Below, piece by piece: positions 17,455-26,502 of a stretch of 64,000 nt of DNA. The notes beneath the pieces are model-generated. The model was given only the letters and a program-made list of their open reading frames with translations. It was not told where the DNA came from and ran no database searches. The position numbers and the translations under genes were made by a program. Within the stretch, counting starts at the first letter, position 1, and every line of letters begins with the position of its first letter. The stretch covers positions 4,662 to 68,661 of the forward strand of contig LCMS01000001.1 in the NCBI GenBank assembly GCA_001002765.1. Reading direction: 5' to 3'. The stretch comes from Candidatus Uhrbacteria bacterium GW2011_GWE2_46_68. GTDB lineage: Bacteria; Patescibacteriota; Patescibacteriia; UBA9934; GWF2-40-263.

Positions 17455-18687
17455 GTGGGAAAAACAAATCAAAAAACGCGCGGACTGGGATTTTTGATTC
17501 TCCTTCCAAAGTTCATACCTAAGATTTTTGGTTTTCTTTTCAAGTTTCTAAAGATGGCAAAAGGATTCAAGATCGGTATGGCCGTAGCAACTTTCGGCAG
17601 CTATACCTGGCTGTTTAGCTGGCAGTTCGCATTGCTTCTCATGGGAAGCATCTTTTTTCACGAACTCGGGCATATTCGCGCCATGAAGGCCTACGGAATG
17701 AAAACCAAGGGAGTCTATTTTCTTCCATTTTTGGGAGCCGCGGCCGTAACCGAGGATCAATTTTCCTCTCGTCACACTGAGGCTGTTATCGGTCTTTGGG
17801 GTCCTGTTTGGGGACTTATCCTTTCCATGATTTTTTTTGACATCTATGCGTGGACGGGAAGTCCGCTTATGGCCGGGATTGCCGGATGGTGTGCGCTTGT
17901 GAATCTTTTCAATTTGCTCCCGATCAAACCTCTTGATGGAGGGAGGATTGTGTCTTCGATCGCGTTTTCGTTTTCCAGGCGCACGGGAATGACTGTTATG
18001 CTCGCCGGGCTTAGTCTTGCCTTTATCCTTGCAATAGTCACAAAGATCAGTATCTTTCCTCTGATCGTTTTTATCGGTTTTTTGGAGGTGTTGAGCGAGT
18101 GGAGAGATATTCCGGACGTTCGTGGTTTGCGAGAATCTTTGAGGGAAAAGGTGAAGACCGTGATTGGCTGTGATCCGGACGCTCCTAAAAATGAGATTTT
18201 GAAGAGAATGTTTGAATCAAACATATCCGAAACATTTTCCAATTTTCCCCTTGAGACAAGAGAACATATCCGGGAAATTGTGGGATCAGAAAAACTGACC
18301 TTGGAGAATTTTGTACAGCTCAAATACACAGAGGACGTTTCCGGGGCGTTGTTGCACGTCGTTTACACACAGGTCGAATTAAAGATGTTGACTCTTCTTC
18401 TTGAGGCAAATGTAAGAAAGCGTTGGAGATTTTTCAGGATGTTTCATTGCGACCCCAAACTTCTGCGTGATACCGTCTTGCAGAGCAGTTTTGCTGAAGC
18501 GTTTTTCGGTATTCTAAACGGTACTTTTGAACTCTCGCAAAAGACTTCAAGGCCTCTTATGGACACCAAGTCCATTGTCGTCACGATCGCCGGAACGATG
18601 ATAGTTATCGCTCTTCTTATCAGCATCATCTATTTGTCTGCCATTGATCCAGGATCCATGGTCGCGCTCCGGATTCTTCAAAGCTAG
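17455..18687 (+). CDS. site-2-protease-like M50 family membrane metalloprotease with a long C-terminal extension
   Basis: HELGH zinc motif and NLLPIKPLDGGRI motif; multiple TM segments. Confidence 0.55.
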   Translation: MGKTNQKTRGLGFLILLPKFIPKIFGFLFKFLKMAKGFKIGMAVATFGSYTWLFSWQFALLLMGSIFFHELGHIRAMKAYGMKTKGVYFLPFLGAAAVTEDQFSSRHTEAVIGLWGPVWGLILSMIFFDIYAWTGSPLMAGIAGWCALVNLFNLLPIKPLDGGRIVSSIAFSFSRRTGMTVMLAGLSLAFILAIVTKISIFPLIVFIGFLEVLSEWRDIPDVRGLRESLREKVKTVIGCDPDAPKNEILKRMFESNISETFSNFPLETREHIREIVGSEKLTLENFVQLKYTEDVSGALLHVVYTQVELKMLTLLLEANVRKRWRFFRMFHCDPKLLRDTVLQSSFAEAFFGILNGTFELSQKTSRPLMDTKSIVVTIAGTMIVIALLISIIYLSAIDPGSMVALRILQS

Positions 18688-18688
18688 A

Positions 18689-18714
18689 ACACCCCACGCT
18701 CGGGTGTTTTTTTG
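18689..18714 (+). terminator. Rho-independent terminator
   Basis: acacccc-acgct-cgggtgt followed by ttttttt. Confidence 0.6.
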
Positions 18715-18764
18715 TAGACGATTTATCTGTTATTCTGTAAGGGTCATTCTTTCAATTATTTTTT

Positions 18765-20444
18765 ATGGTTTCAGAATATTCTCGAGGCGATCGAGAGGCG
18801 CATAGCGAATCCGAACGCCTTTCCCAATGTTTAGTCAGGCATATTGTGGATGTAAAACCCCAATGGCATGGCACACGGGAACATAAGGCGCAGATAGGAG
18901 ATACAGCCGTTGCAGCCATTGAGGCGCGAGTGTCTCGTTGCGATCCGCCACTTGAGGTTTCGCAGCTCAAATTGGAAAAAGGGAAAAGTATCGTACTGGT
19001 AGGTCCAAACGGAAGCGGCAAGAGTACGCTTTTTGATGCGATCATGGGTCGGGCACACGCGCGGTTTGATGAAGGGTCTTTTGGATACGGCAGGGGCGTG
19101 CATCAAAAAGAAACCTTGCGTATCGCGCGCTTGGATCAAGAAGAAATTTTGGATTCGATCAAAGAGATGACCGCTCGTCAAGTTTTGGATTTGGCAATTG
19201 ATCATTTTCAAGCCGAGTTTCCTGTGGACTGGAATGCTATGGAAAAATACGAGCAGAATCTTGCAAACGACGAAGCTCATGTGCGCATCGAGTCACTTAT
19301 GAGTCAAGTTGGGCATCTTTTTGAAATCGAACAATTTTTGGGCCGCAAAGTGTGCGAGCTTTCCGGAGGAGAACGCACAAAACTTTCTCTCCTCATGCTT
19401 CTTTCAAGCGAGCCTGATGTGCTTCTTTTGGACGAGCCCACCAATCACCTTGATTTGGAAAGCATTGCAAAATTGACCGGACTTTTTGATACATATAAAC
19501 GCGCAGGCGTATCTGTGGTCAATGTGAGTCACGTAGAATGGTTTTTGCAACTCGCAGGCGAGGATGGAACCGTGGAATTGCAAGTGGAGAAAAATCGTCG
19601 TGTGGCCATGTCTTCTCAATCCCCGTACCGCAAGTTTATGAAGCGGGAGAAACGTCGACCCCTTATGACCGGCGCAATCACTTGGCAAACCGAAGGAGTG
19701 GGAAAATCGGCGGGGATCAGCCCTTTTGATGCGGATTTTTCTTTTGCCGTGCCAAATTCTCCACTGCATGCAGTGGAGCTACCCGCAATTTCAAGCGGTG
19801 ACCTGACCGTGTTTAGTGGAAAAAACGGCACAGGAAAAACGAAAATGATGGAGGCGATGGCAGATCCTCATTTCAAGTCCATTCGTCGCGAAAAAGGAAC
19901 CCAAGTGGCGTATCTTCCACAATTTTGGCCTGAACAAATCGCCAATGGAACCGTGGAAAATTTTTTTCTTTGGGTGAAAGAACAAGTGAATCGTTATAGT
20001 GATAAAACCGCCGAGCGATTCAAAAAAGAATTGCGCCAAGTGGGATTTGGAAACGGCACACGAGATCTGTTGCGCGAGCCCATCACTTCTTTTAGCGGAG
20101 GAGAACAGCGATTGCTTTGGTTTGTGGCTGCGAGTATTTTTGAGGGAACCAATGTGTTGGTTTTAGATGAGCCGAGTAACCACATGGATGAGGCTACAAT
20201 GCACAGTGTGCTCAAGGCCATTCAAGATTTTCCCGGAAGCGTCATTCTTTCCACTCATGATTTGCGTTTGATGGAAGAGCTCGAAAAATATTCGGGGAAA
20301 TCAAGAAATGGAGTGCAAAATATTGTGTTTATGCGCGATGGCGAAGATGCTGTCTTAGTGAAAAGTGATGAGAGTCCTTTGGAATATGCCAAGGCCACGT
20401 TTGAACGAGGACGTAAAAAAGCAGGGAGAGTGAAGGTCGCATAA
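18765..20444 (+). CDS. ABC-F type ATPase with two nucleotide-binding domains and no TM domain
   Basis: Two Walker A motifs (GPNGSGKST, GKNGTGKT) and two ABC signatures (LSGGERTKL, FSGGEQRLL). Confidence 0.7.
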   Translation: MVSEYSRGDREAHSESERLSQCLVRHIVDVKPQWHGTREHKAQIGDTAVAAIEARVSRCDPPLEVSQLKLEKGKSIVLVGPNGSGKSTLFDAIMGRAHARFDEGSFGYGRGVHQKETLRIARLDQEEILDSIKEMTARQVLDLAIDHFQAEFPVDWNAMEKYEQNLANDEAHVRIESLMSQVGHLFEIEQFLGRKVCELSGGERTKLSLLMLLSSEPDVLLLDEPTNHLDLESIAKLTGLFDTYKRAGVSVVNVSHVEWFLQLAGEDGTVELQVEKNRRVAMSSQSPYRKFMKREKRRPLMTGAITWQTEGVGKSAGISPFDADFSFAVPNSPLHAVELPAISSGDLTVFSGKNGTGKTKMMEAMADPHFKSIRREKGTQVAYLPQFWPEQIANGTVENFFLWVKEQVNRYSDKTAERFKKELRQVGFGNGTRDLLREPITSFSGGEQRLLWFVAASIFEGTNVLVLDEPSNHMDEATMHSVLKAIQDFPGSVILSTHDLRLMEELEKYSGKSRNGVQNIVFMRDGEDAVLVKSDESPLEYAKATFERGRKKAGRVKVA

Positions 20445-20460
20445 AATGCGTGATCAAAAA

Positions 20461-20490
20461 AACAAGAGGCAATGAACCCCTTGTTTTTTG
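20461..20490. terminator. bidirectional terminator
   Basis: aacaag-N13-cttgtt followed by ttttt. Confidence 0.45.
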
Positions 20491-20504
20491 ATTTGAGGTG
20501 ATTA

Positions 20505-22373
20505 TTATTCCACCACTCCTTTTTCCGAGGCCATGATATCTTCGGGGAGATCGGTTGTTATAGCAGCACTTGTAGCGCTCACAAACGCGCCGGTTGTTTG
20601 ATCCAAGGCCGTGATTTGAATATCAGAAAGAAGAATGGGAGAAGTTCCGATTTGTTCCTCGGTTGGTATGAGGGAAACTTCAAAGGCAATACCCACAACC
20701 GCACTTTGAGGATCAAGAGTCGGTTGAACAAAATGTGATGTCCAAGAAACGGTTTGTAACGCAGGATTATAAGTGACTCCTTCATCTTGCGAAACCGTTT
20801 GTCGTCCGGTGAAAGAGACGTAAGGAGGAAGAGTTCCTTCGATGGTCACTTGTGAAAGCGGATTGGTTGTGCCGGAAAGATGCCAGAAAATCCAGTACTT
20901 TGTTTCTTGTCCTACGCGCGGAGGCAGGGGGCCACGTCCGAGCTGATCCCCGCTTGGGAGTGCATAACGTGCAAAACTCTCAAGGACAAGGGGAGTGGTG
21001 AGTATCGTGGAAAGAGAAGTGCCCGTATAGGCGATTTCCTGTCCATCCATACTTCCAAGTCGATAAGTGGTGAGAGGAGTTGTGTCAATCGAGATATTTT
21101 CATATCGTGAAAGTTCACTGACAGACACGGAAGATCGCAGTCTCGTGGATAAGATCACTTCTCCTTTTTGCCCCGGAGTGATTTCGTCCAAATCAATAGC
21201 ATCGTCTTTATCGATCAAAATATTTTTTTGTGAGACAAATGGGCTGTTTGATTGCACGCCGATTCGTACATCATAGATAGTGGCATCGCCTGTATTCTCA
21301 TAAGCAATCGTGATCTTCATTTCTGATCCCGGTCGCACGGTTTTTCGATCCACAATCTGTGTCAAAGAAAGCTGTGGAGGAATTACTGCACATGTTTGCG
21401 TCAACACCTCTTGTCGATAATGAGTTTGTTCAAAAGTAAAGGAAGGGTGTAAAGAAAAAACAACTTCTTCTTTTGTGGTCGCAAGATACCCGGAAAAGCT
21501 CATGGTTCCTTGTTCTCCCGCAATAATTGAGGGAAGAGTGAAATGATTATCCACAAGACTCGGTTGACTTTCGATTAAAACAAAACCTTCAGGCCAAGAC
21601 GGTTCAATGCTAATTTCCGGGAAATCCACCGTACCCGTATTGTGATAGGTGATGGTTCCCTCAATCGCTTGATAGGCAACCAAAGGTTCGGGAATCCATA
21701 ATGTGAGTGCCAAAGTGGAGCGTACAGGAGAAAAACGATGTTCACTTGTTTTTTGCGCCACTTTATTTTTTTCTCCGTAGGAAAAGGTCATGAGACTGCG
21801 AAATGTTTGTGTGCCACCCACATCTCCAAACAGGACTCCTGTGATTTTGATAGATCCCGTCGCCTCTGGTTTAAGAGTTCCGAGGATCACATGATTTTCT
21901 TCCACAGCCGCATTTTCAGAAAGAATTTCTTGCAATTGAAAATGTGCAGGATAGGTAAGGGTTATGTTTGCGTTGCGAAGTTCTTCTCCTGTCCCGTTTG
22001 TATAGTGAATGATAAGAGTGGAAGGCGCTCCACTGACAATTTCTTCCGGAGCGATGGAGACGTCGAGATACAGATCATCGGCAATGGTGTGTTTTGGAAA
22101 AAATGTCAAAATTCCTGCCGCGACAAGAAGGCCAAGGGTAAGGCCGATCAAGACAAGGTCAGCCAAAAAAATCGTGCGAGCAAAGGCATAGCGTCCGGCA
22201 TAATGTTTTTCAAACCATTTCACAAAAGGAAGAAGTGCCAGCCTTCCCGGGTGAATGACAAGACTTATGGTTTTATGGAGGAGATGTTCGGGTGTGCCCA
22301 AGTCGTGACAGACAAGATGAGGTTTGAGACGGTGGAAAAAAGACATATTAAAAAGAAGAAAGAGTAAAGACAT
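20505..22373 (-). CDS. membrane-anchored surface protein with repeated beta-sandwich-like (DUF11/CARDB-like) segments
   Basis: N-terminal TM (LVLIGLTLGLLVAAGILTFF) then a repetitive T/S-rich ectodomain; start trimmed to M29 to avoid overlapping the upstream gene. Confidence 0.45.
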   Translation of the reverse strand: MSLLFLLFNMSFFHRLKPHLVCHDLGTPEHLLHKTISLVIHPGRLALLPFVKWFEKHYAGRYAFARTIFLADLVLIGLTLGLLVAAGILTFFPKHTIADDLYLDVSIAPEEIVSGAPSTLIIHYTNGTGEELRNANITLTYPAHFQLQEILSENAAVEENHVILGTLKPEATGSIKITGVLFGDVGGTQTFRSLMTFSYGEKNKVAQKTSEHRFSPVRSTLALTLWIPEPLVAYQAIEGTITYHNTGTVDFPEISIEPSWPEGFVLIESQPSLVDNHFTLPSIIAGEQGTMSFSGYLATTKEEVVFSLHPSFTFEQTHYRQEVLTQTCAVIPPQLSLTQIVDRKTVRPGSEMKITIAYENTGDATIYDVRIGVQSNSPFVSQKNILIDKDDAIDLDEITPGQKGEVILSTRLRSSVSVSELSRYENISIDTTPLTTYRLGSMDGQEIAYTGTSLSTILTTPLVLESFARYALPSGDQLGRGPLPPRVGQETKYWIFWHLSGTTNPLSQVTIEGTLPPYVSFTGRQTVSQDEGVTYNPALQTVSWTSHFVQPTLDPQSAVVGIAFEVSLIPTEEQIGTSPILLSDIQITALDQTTGAFVSATSAAITTDLPEDIMASEKGVVE

Positions 22374-24375
22374 CGGTGGTAAAAGCAAAAATTTCTTCGG
22401 TTCCGTTTCCATCAATGTCCGAAGCGGTGATGAGTAAGCCGTTTTTTTGTGTGGCACTGGCTCCTAAAAATTCGGAAAAAAGATTTCCGTCGCGATCAAA
22501 GATTTTGACCCAAGGTTCTAATCCAGCCCCCGGGCCAGTGATGATCTCATCGATCCCATCACCGTTTATATCACCTGAAGCGACATAAGCTCCTCCGCGA
22601 TAATCTTCATCATACGCGAGAAAGCCAGGATTGATGACCTTGCCGTGTTTGTTGGTGATGCGAATATGGGGGCCACCACCATCCCCGGCCGCACAAATAA
22701 TTTCCCGTGTCCCGTCTCCATTAAGATCACCGATTGCGACACGGACACCCCCTCGGAACGATTCATGATAAGGAAAAAATCCAGGATTGATTAAAATTCC
22801 TTCACTGTTAAACACGCGGATATGCGGGCCTCCGCCTTCTTCGGTTCCTGTGACAATTTCCATAGATCCATCATTTTCCAAATCTCCCACCGCAAGATTT
22901 ACCCCGTCGTGATACAGATCAGTATACGGTGCAAAACGAGAGAGAAGAGATCCGTTTTCGTCATAAATAGAAACATAGGTGTCTCCTGCAGCTATGGTTT
23001 CACGCTCCCCGTCATGGTCAAGGTCATAGCGAACGACAAAGGTTCCGCCGAGTTGTGAAGCGTCATAGGCAAAAAATCCCGTGCGGGATGCATTGCCTTC
23101 GAGATCAAACACACGCGTAAAGGATCCATTCAAAAATGGTGCATCAGTGAGTTCTTTAATCGGACGCAAAAGAATGATTCCGTCTTTGGAGGCTAAGGTG
23201 ATCGTTGAGGTAACCGACCCATCATTGATAGACGGATCCTGGGTTCCACGGAGCTTTTCGTATTCACCGTCAAGCATAATGGTTTGTGAGGTTGATGTTG
23301 CGTTCAAAACGACTTTGCCGTTTTCAAAATCTCGCTCCCAAATTCCCGTAGTGATGGTGACATCATGAGGATCCAAAAGATTTTCAGGATCTCCTTTTTG
23401 TTCTCCCAAATACACATCATATTCATCGTACGTCCATAGTTGACTATGATTTTCATCTCCATAATCAAAGCCGAAAAACCCGCTGCCTAAAAGCGTGGTG
23501 GTGATGCCATAGCGCACACTTTGATAATCGTTCGAGTCTCCGGTGTTTTTTGTATTCACGTTAATAATATTGATGGGGGATCGGGTCAGCGATTCTTCAA
23601 AAGAAAGATAATCGCGCGTTCGATTTTTCCAATCCGTGAGAGTGTCGTTTGAGGAAGGAAATGTTTCAAACATGCGACCGTTCACATACGGGGCAAAGGA
23701 GAGGTTGGAACTGCCGTTTGTGATCATGATGGCAGAGGATCCCAAAAGAGACCGTGTGGTGGAAAATAATTCTTTATATCGAGAAGCCCAAAGCGTATTT
23801 GCTTCGGCAGCCGAATCATTTTTTCCGTCTTGATTGATATCAAGGTCTCCAATCCAAGTGATACTGTCCTGAACTTCGTCATAAAAGATTCCATCCCAAT
23901 ATCCGGTGGAGATTACTTCCTCGTCTACAAAAGAGGCAAGGTAAGAGATCCAATTTGTATTGAGATTGAGTGCTCGCGTTCCTGGCCAGACGGATTTTTG
24001 CGATCCATCCTCATCGGTAAGCCACCAATCAGACTCGATGCCTTCATATAATTTGTCATGGAAAGGATCAGACCAATAGCGATCATTCCAGCTGACCGTA
24101 GGGATATAGGCTAAGAGAATAATATCTGGATTGAGTTTCCGGATTTTATCGAAAAATTCTTTGTTATAGATTTGCGCTTCGGCAGGGAGGACAAGGAGAT
24201 CAAAGGTGGAAAGGGTTTGGATAGTGTTTTCATCTTGGAGGGTTGAACCGGACATGAGGAAATAATTTGCTGTCCTGACAGAGGGCGGTTCATCAGAAGC
24301 CAAAAGAGACGCCTTGTGCCAAGGGGCAAGGAGGAGAACCGCTATGGTGAAAAAATGAATCAGGCGTCGTATCAT
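22348..24375 (-). CDS. secreted protein with a glycoside-hydrolase-like N-terminal domain and C-terminal FG-GAP/VCBS repeats
   Basis: Signal peptide MIRRLIHFFTIAVLLLAP. At least four repeats of the form GDLxNDGxxEIVTGTxxGGGPHIRVFN. Start trimmed from the ORF track because the extended N-terminus overlaps the HTH gene. Confidence 0.6.
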   Translation of the reverse strand: MIRRLIHFFTIAVLLLAPWHKASLLASDEPPSVRTANYFLMSGSTLQDENTIQTLSTFDLLVLPAEAQIYNKEFFDKIRKLNPDIILLAYIPTVSWNDRYWSDPFHDKLYEGIESDWWLTDEDGSQKSVWPGTRALNLNTNWISYLASFVDEEVISTGYWDGIFYDEVQDSITWIGDLDINQDGKNDSAAEANTLWASRYKELFSTTRSLLGSSAIMITNGSSNLSFAPYVNGRMFETFPSSNDTLTDWKNRTRDYLSFEESLTRSPINIINVNTKNTGDSNDYQSVRYGITTTLLGSGFFGFDYGDENHSQLWTYDEYDVYLGEQKGDPENLLDPHDVTITTGIWERDFENGKVVLNATSTSQTIMLDGEYEKLRGTQDPSINDGSVTSTITLASKDGIILLRPIKELTDAPFLNGSFTRVFDLEGNASRTGFFAYDASQLGGTFVVRYDLDHDGERETIAAGDTYVSIYDENGSLLSRFAPYTDLYHDGVNLAVGDLENDGSMEIVTGTEEGGGPHIRVFNSEGILINPGFFPYHESFRGGVRVAIGDLNGDGTREIICAAGDGGGPHIRITNKHGKVINPGFLAYDEDYRGGAYVASGDINGDGIDEIITGPGAGLEPWVKIFDRDGNLFSEFLGASATQKNGLLITASDIDGNGTEEIFAFTTDVFTLSSF

Positions 24376-24394
24376 AAAAAAGAAGGGGCAGGAC

Positions 24395-24694
24395 TTAGAG
24401 TGTGTCTTCCTTCTTTTCGGGCTGGACATTAAATGGGTTAGGGGAATAGAGCTTGTTGGTGATCCGCCAGCGATCCACGTATTGACCGATGCCTTTATTG
24501 TCCCGTTTGTTTCGGGCGGTTGTTGTTCGTTGTGACCAACGCAGGAGGGATTCAAAGTTAAGTTTGTATCGCCCCTGAACCACCACATAGGTGATTTCTT
24601 GGTCTTTGATGGCTCGGCGGATGGTTCTTTGGCTGACGCCAAAGATACGTGCGGCTTCAGAGACAGAGAGGCGGATTGCGGTTTGGTTTGACAT
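24395..24694 (-). CDS. helix-turn-helix DNA-binding protein (excisionase/MerR-type HTH)
   Basis: LSVSEAARIFGVSQRTIRRAI motif; sits 20 bp upstream of the FG-GAP gene on the same strand. Confidence 0.55.
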   Translation of the reverse strand: MSNQTAIRLSVSEAARIFGVSQRTIRRAIKDQEITYVVVQGRYKLNFESLLRWSQRTTTARNKRDNKGIGQYVDRWRITNKLYSPNPFNVQPEKKEDTL

Positions 24695-24763
24695 AGAAAT
24701 GAGATCAATTTGTCTACAACAGTGTAGCCATACAAAACCTTTTTGTCAATTGAGGATTGATTT

Positions 24764-25441
24764 TTGGGCGTTTTTCAGCTATCCTTCGTTCATCTTGTAA
24801 CGTTTTCCTTATTTCAAACGACTACTATTGTGCAAGGCTCGAAAGAACAATTCCTCCTGTATCGGTTGCGCACGCATCGAGATTCTCGGGCTTTCGCGTG
24901 CCTTTTCAATGAGCACAAGGATCCCATCTTCCGCTATCTCAAGGCAAAATTACCTACTGTTCAGGACGCGGAAGATGCCCTTTCCACGACCTTCTTGCGT
25001 CTGTGGAATTACGTTATCACCTCGCCGGTGGATCATGTATCCAGCCTGACGTTTACCATAGCCAAAGGGGTGATCGCGGATTTCTATCGGCAAAGAAAAG
25101 TAGACATACCATTAACAAATGAAGAAGGTGAAGACTTGCCTTTAGCTGGAGAGGACGGCAAAGAAGGAATCGAACAACGAGTTGAGGTGTCGCTTATCAA
25201 GCGAATCATTCCAACCCTTAAGTCCGAGCATCAAGATGTGATCATTCTGCGCTTTGTCCAAGGGCTTTCTGTAAGGGAAGCTGCCAGGTATCTTCAAAAG
25301 TCTGAAAGCGCGGTTCGAGTGACTCTACACCGCGCGATCAAAGAGCTACGTATCAAATTCGAACAAAAACATTGTGAACCACCGCACGTTTCTCCAAACT
25401 CTGCAGGAACTCAAGGAGACCACCCGGTCAACCGACCTTGA
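24764..25441 (+). CDS. sigma-70 family (ECF-like) RNA polymerase sigma factor
   Basis: Region 2-like FLRLWNY and a region 4 HTH (LSVREAARYLQKSESAVRVTLHRAIKELR); the true start may be GTG at 24830. Confidence 0.65.
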   Translation: MGVFQLSFVHLVTFSLFQTTTIVQGSKEQFLLYRLRTHRDSRAFACLFNEHKDPIFRYLKAKLPTVQDAEDALSTTFLRLWNYVITSPVDHVSSLTFTIAKGVIADFYRQRKVDIPLTNEEGEDLPLAGEDGKEGIEQRVEVSLIKRIIPTLKSEHQDVIILRFVQGLSVREAARYLQKSESAVRVTLHRAIKELRIKFEQKHCEPPHVSPNSAGTQGDHPVNRP

Positions 25442-26294
25442 GCTTTCCACACAAAACGCATGGCAAAAAATTGCCACTGACCTTGAGTTGCCCTTGGAGA
25501 ATACTGTGAGTGGTTTTTCTGTACGTGAATATCTGGATTATGGCATTGGATATGCCGCGCGTCTTGCCGTAAAACCGGTAGCCGTTTCTTTGACAGCTTT
25601 TGTTTTTGTGGTAGCTGGAGGGTTGGGTATCACAAATGCTTCTTTTTACAGCCTCCCGGGAGATGCCATGTACCCGGTCAAGTTATCCATGGAGCATCTT
25701 CAGCTTTCCATTTCTTCCGACGATGCCCAGCGTGCCAAATTACAAGTGGAGTTTGCCGGTCGCCGACTTGAGGAAATGACCGATCTAGCTGCTCGCTCAG
25801 GCGATCAGGTTTCCAATATTCAATACGCCATGAATCAATTTCGTCAGGAGACTAGAGTCATTCAAGATGAATTGACCTCTGATTCTACCGATTTGGCTCG
25901 TGAAGTCAGTCGTAAGGTGGAAATCTACAATTCAACCGTTTCCGCTTCCCCCGATCTTAAGACCGAACTTGTGGGAGAAGAAGTACAAGAGATTATTGAA
26001 GCGACTCAAGATCAGGCTGTAGAAGTTTTCTTGTCCACACATGAATCTACGCAAGATGCGGAAAGCGCCAAAGAGCTCGATTACACGTTTGATCAAGAAT
26101 ATTCAGCACTCGAGAGTGAATTGGAAACCTTCACAGCCGATCAAGAAAAAGATTTTTTTACACAATTCAATACAACTTCCACAGCCTATCTCATTTTAGC
26201 TGATCAACTGCGCGATCAAGCCGCTTATCGTCGTGCGTTTCAAATTTTGAGCGAAATAGAGATGTTCCTCCAAGTTTTCAAGGAAACCTCTTAG
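25374..26294 (+). CDS. anti-sigma-factor-like membrane protein (DUF5667-like)
   Basis: Immediately follows and overlaps the sigma gene. It has a single TM (VSLTAFVFVVAGGLGI) and an acidic coiled-coil ectodomain. Confidence 0.45.
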   Translation: MNHRTFLQTLQELKETTRSTDLELSTQNAWQKIATDLELPLENTVSGFSVREYLDYGIGYAARLAVKPVAVSLTAFVFVVAGGLGITNASFYSLPGDAMYPVKLSMEHLQLSISSDDAQRAKLQVEFAGRRLEEMTDLAARSGDQVSNIQYAMNQFRQETRVIQDELTSDSTDLAREVSRKVEIYNSTVSASPDLKTELVGEEVQEIIEATQDQAVEVFLSTHESTQDAESAKELDYTFDQEYSALESELETFTADQEKDFFTQFNTTSTAYLILADQLRDQAAYRRAFQILSEIEMFLQVFKETS

Positions 26295-26502
26295 GTTTCC
26301 CTTCGATCCGGGTATCTTTTCCAAGGATATCCGGATCGGGGCTGACCCGACTTCTTCTTTTCTACGCAAGTGGAAAAAGAGGAGTGAATGTGTTTTTTAC
26401 AGGTGGATGATAGAAAAGTCGAGGCTTGAAAAAGCCATTGTCCACTTTAATTCCGAAAAAAGGTTCGCCCGGTATAACCCCCGGGTAAAAAATTACTTTC
26501 TT

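Noticed and set aside
24395-24694. An excisionase-type HTH gene as a marker of a prophage or integrative element
   Set aside because: There is no integrase, recombinase, phage structural gene or flanking direct repeat nearby. It is more likely a local transcription factor.
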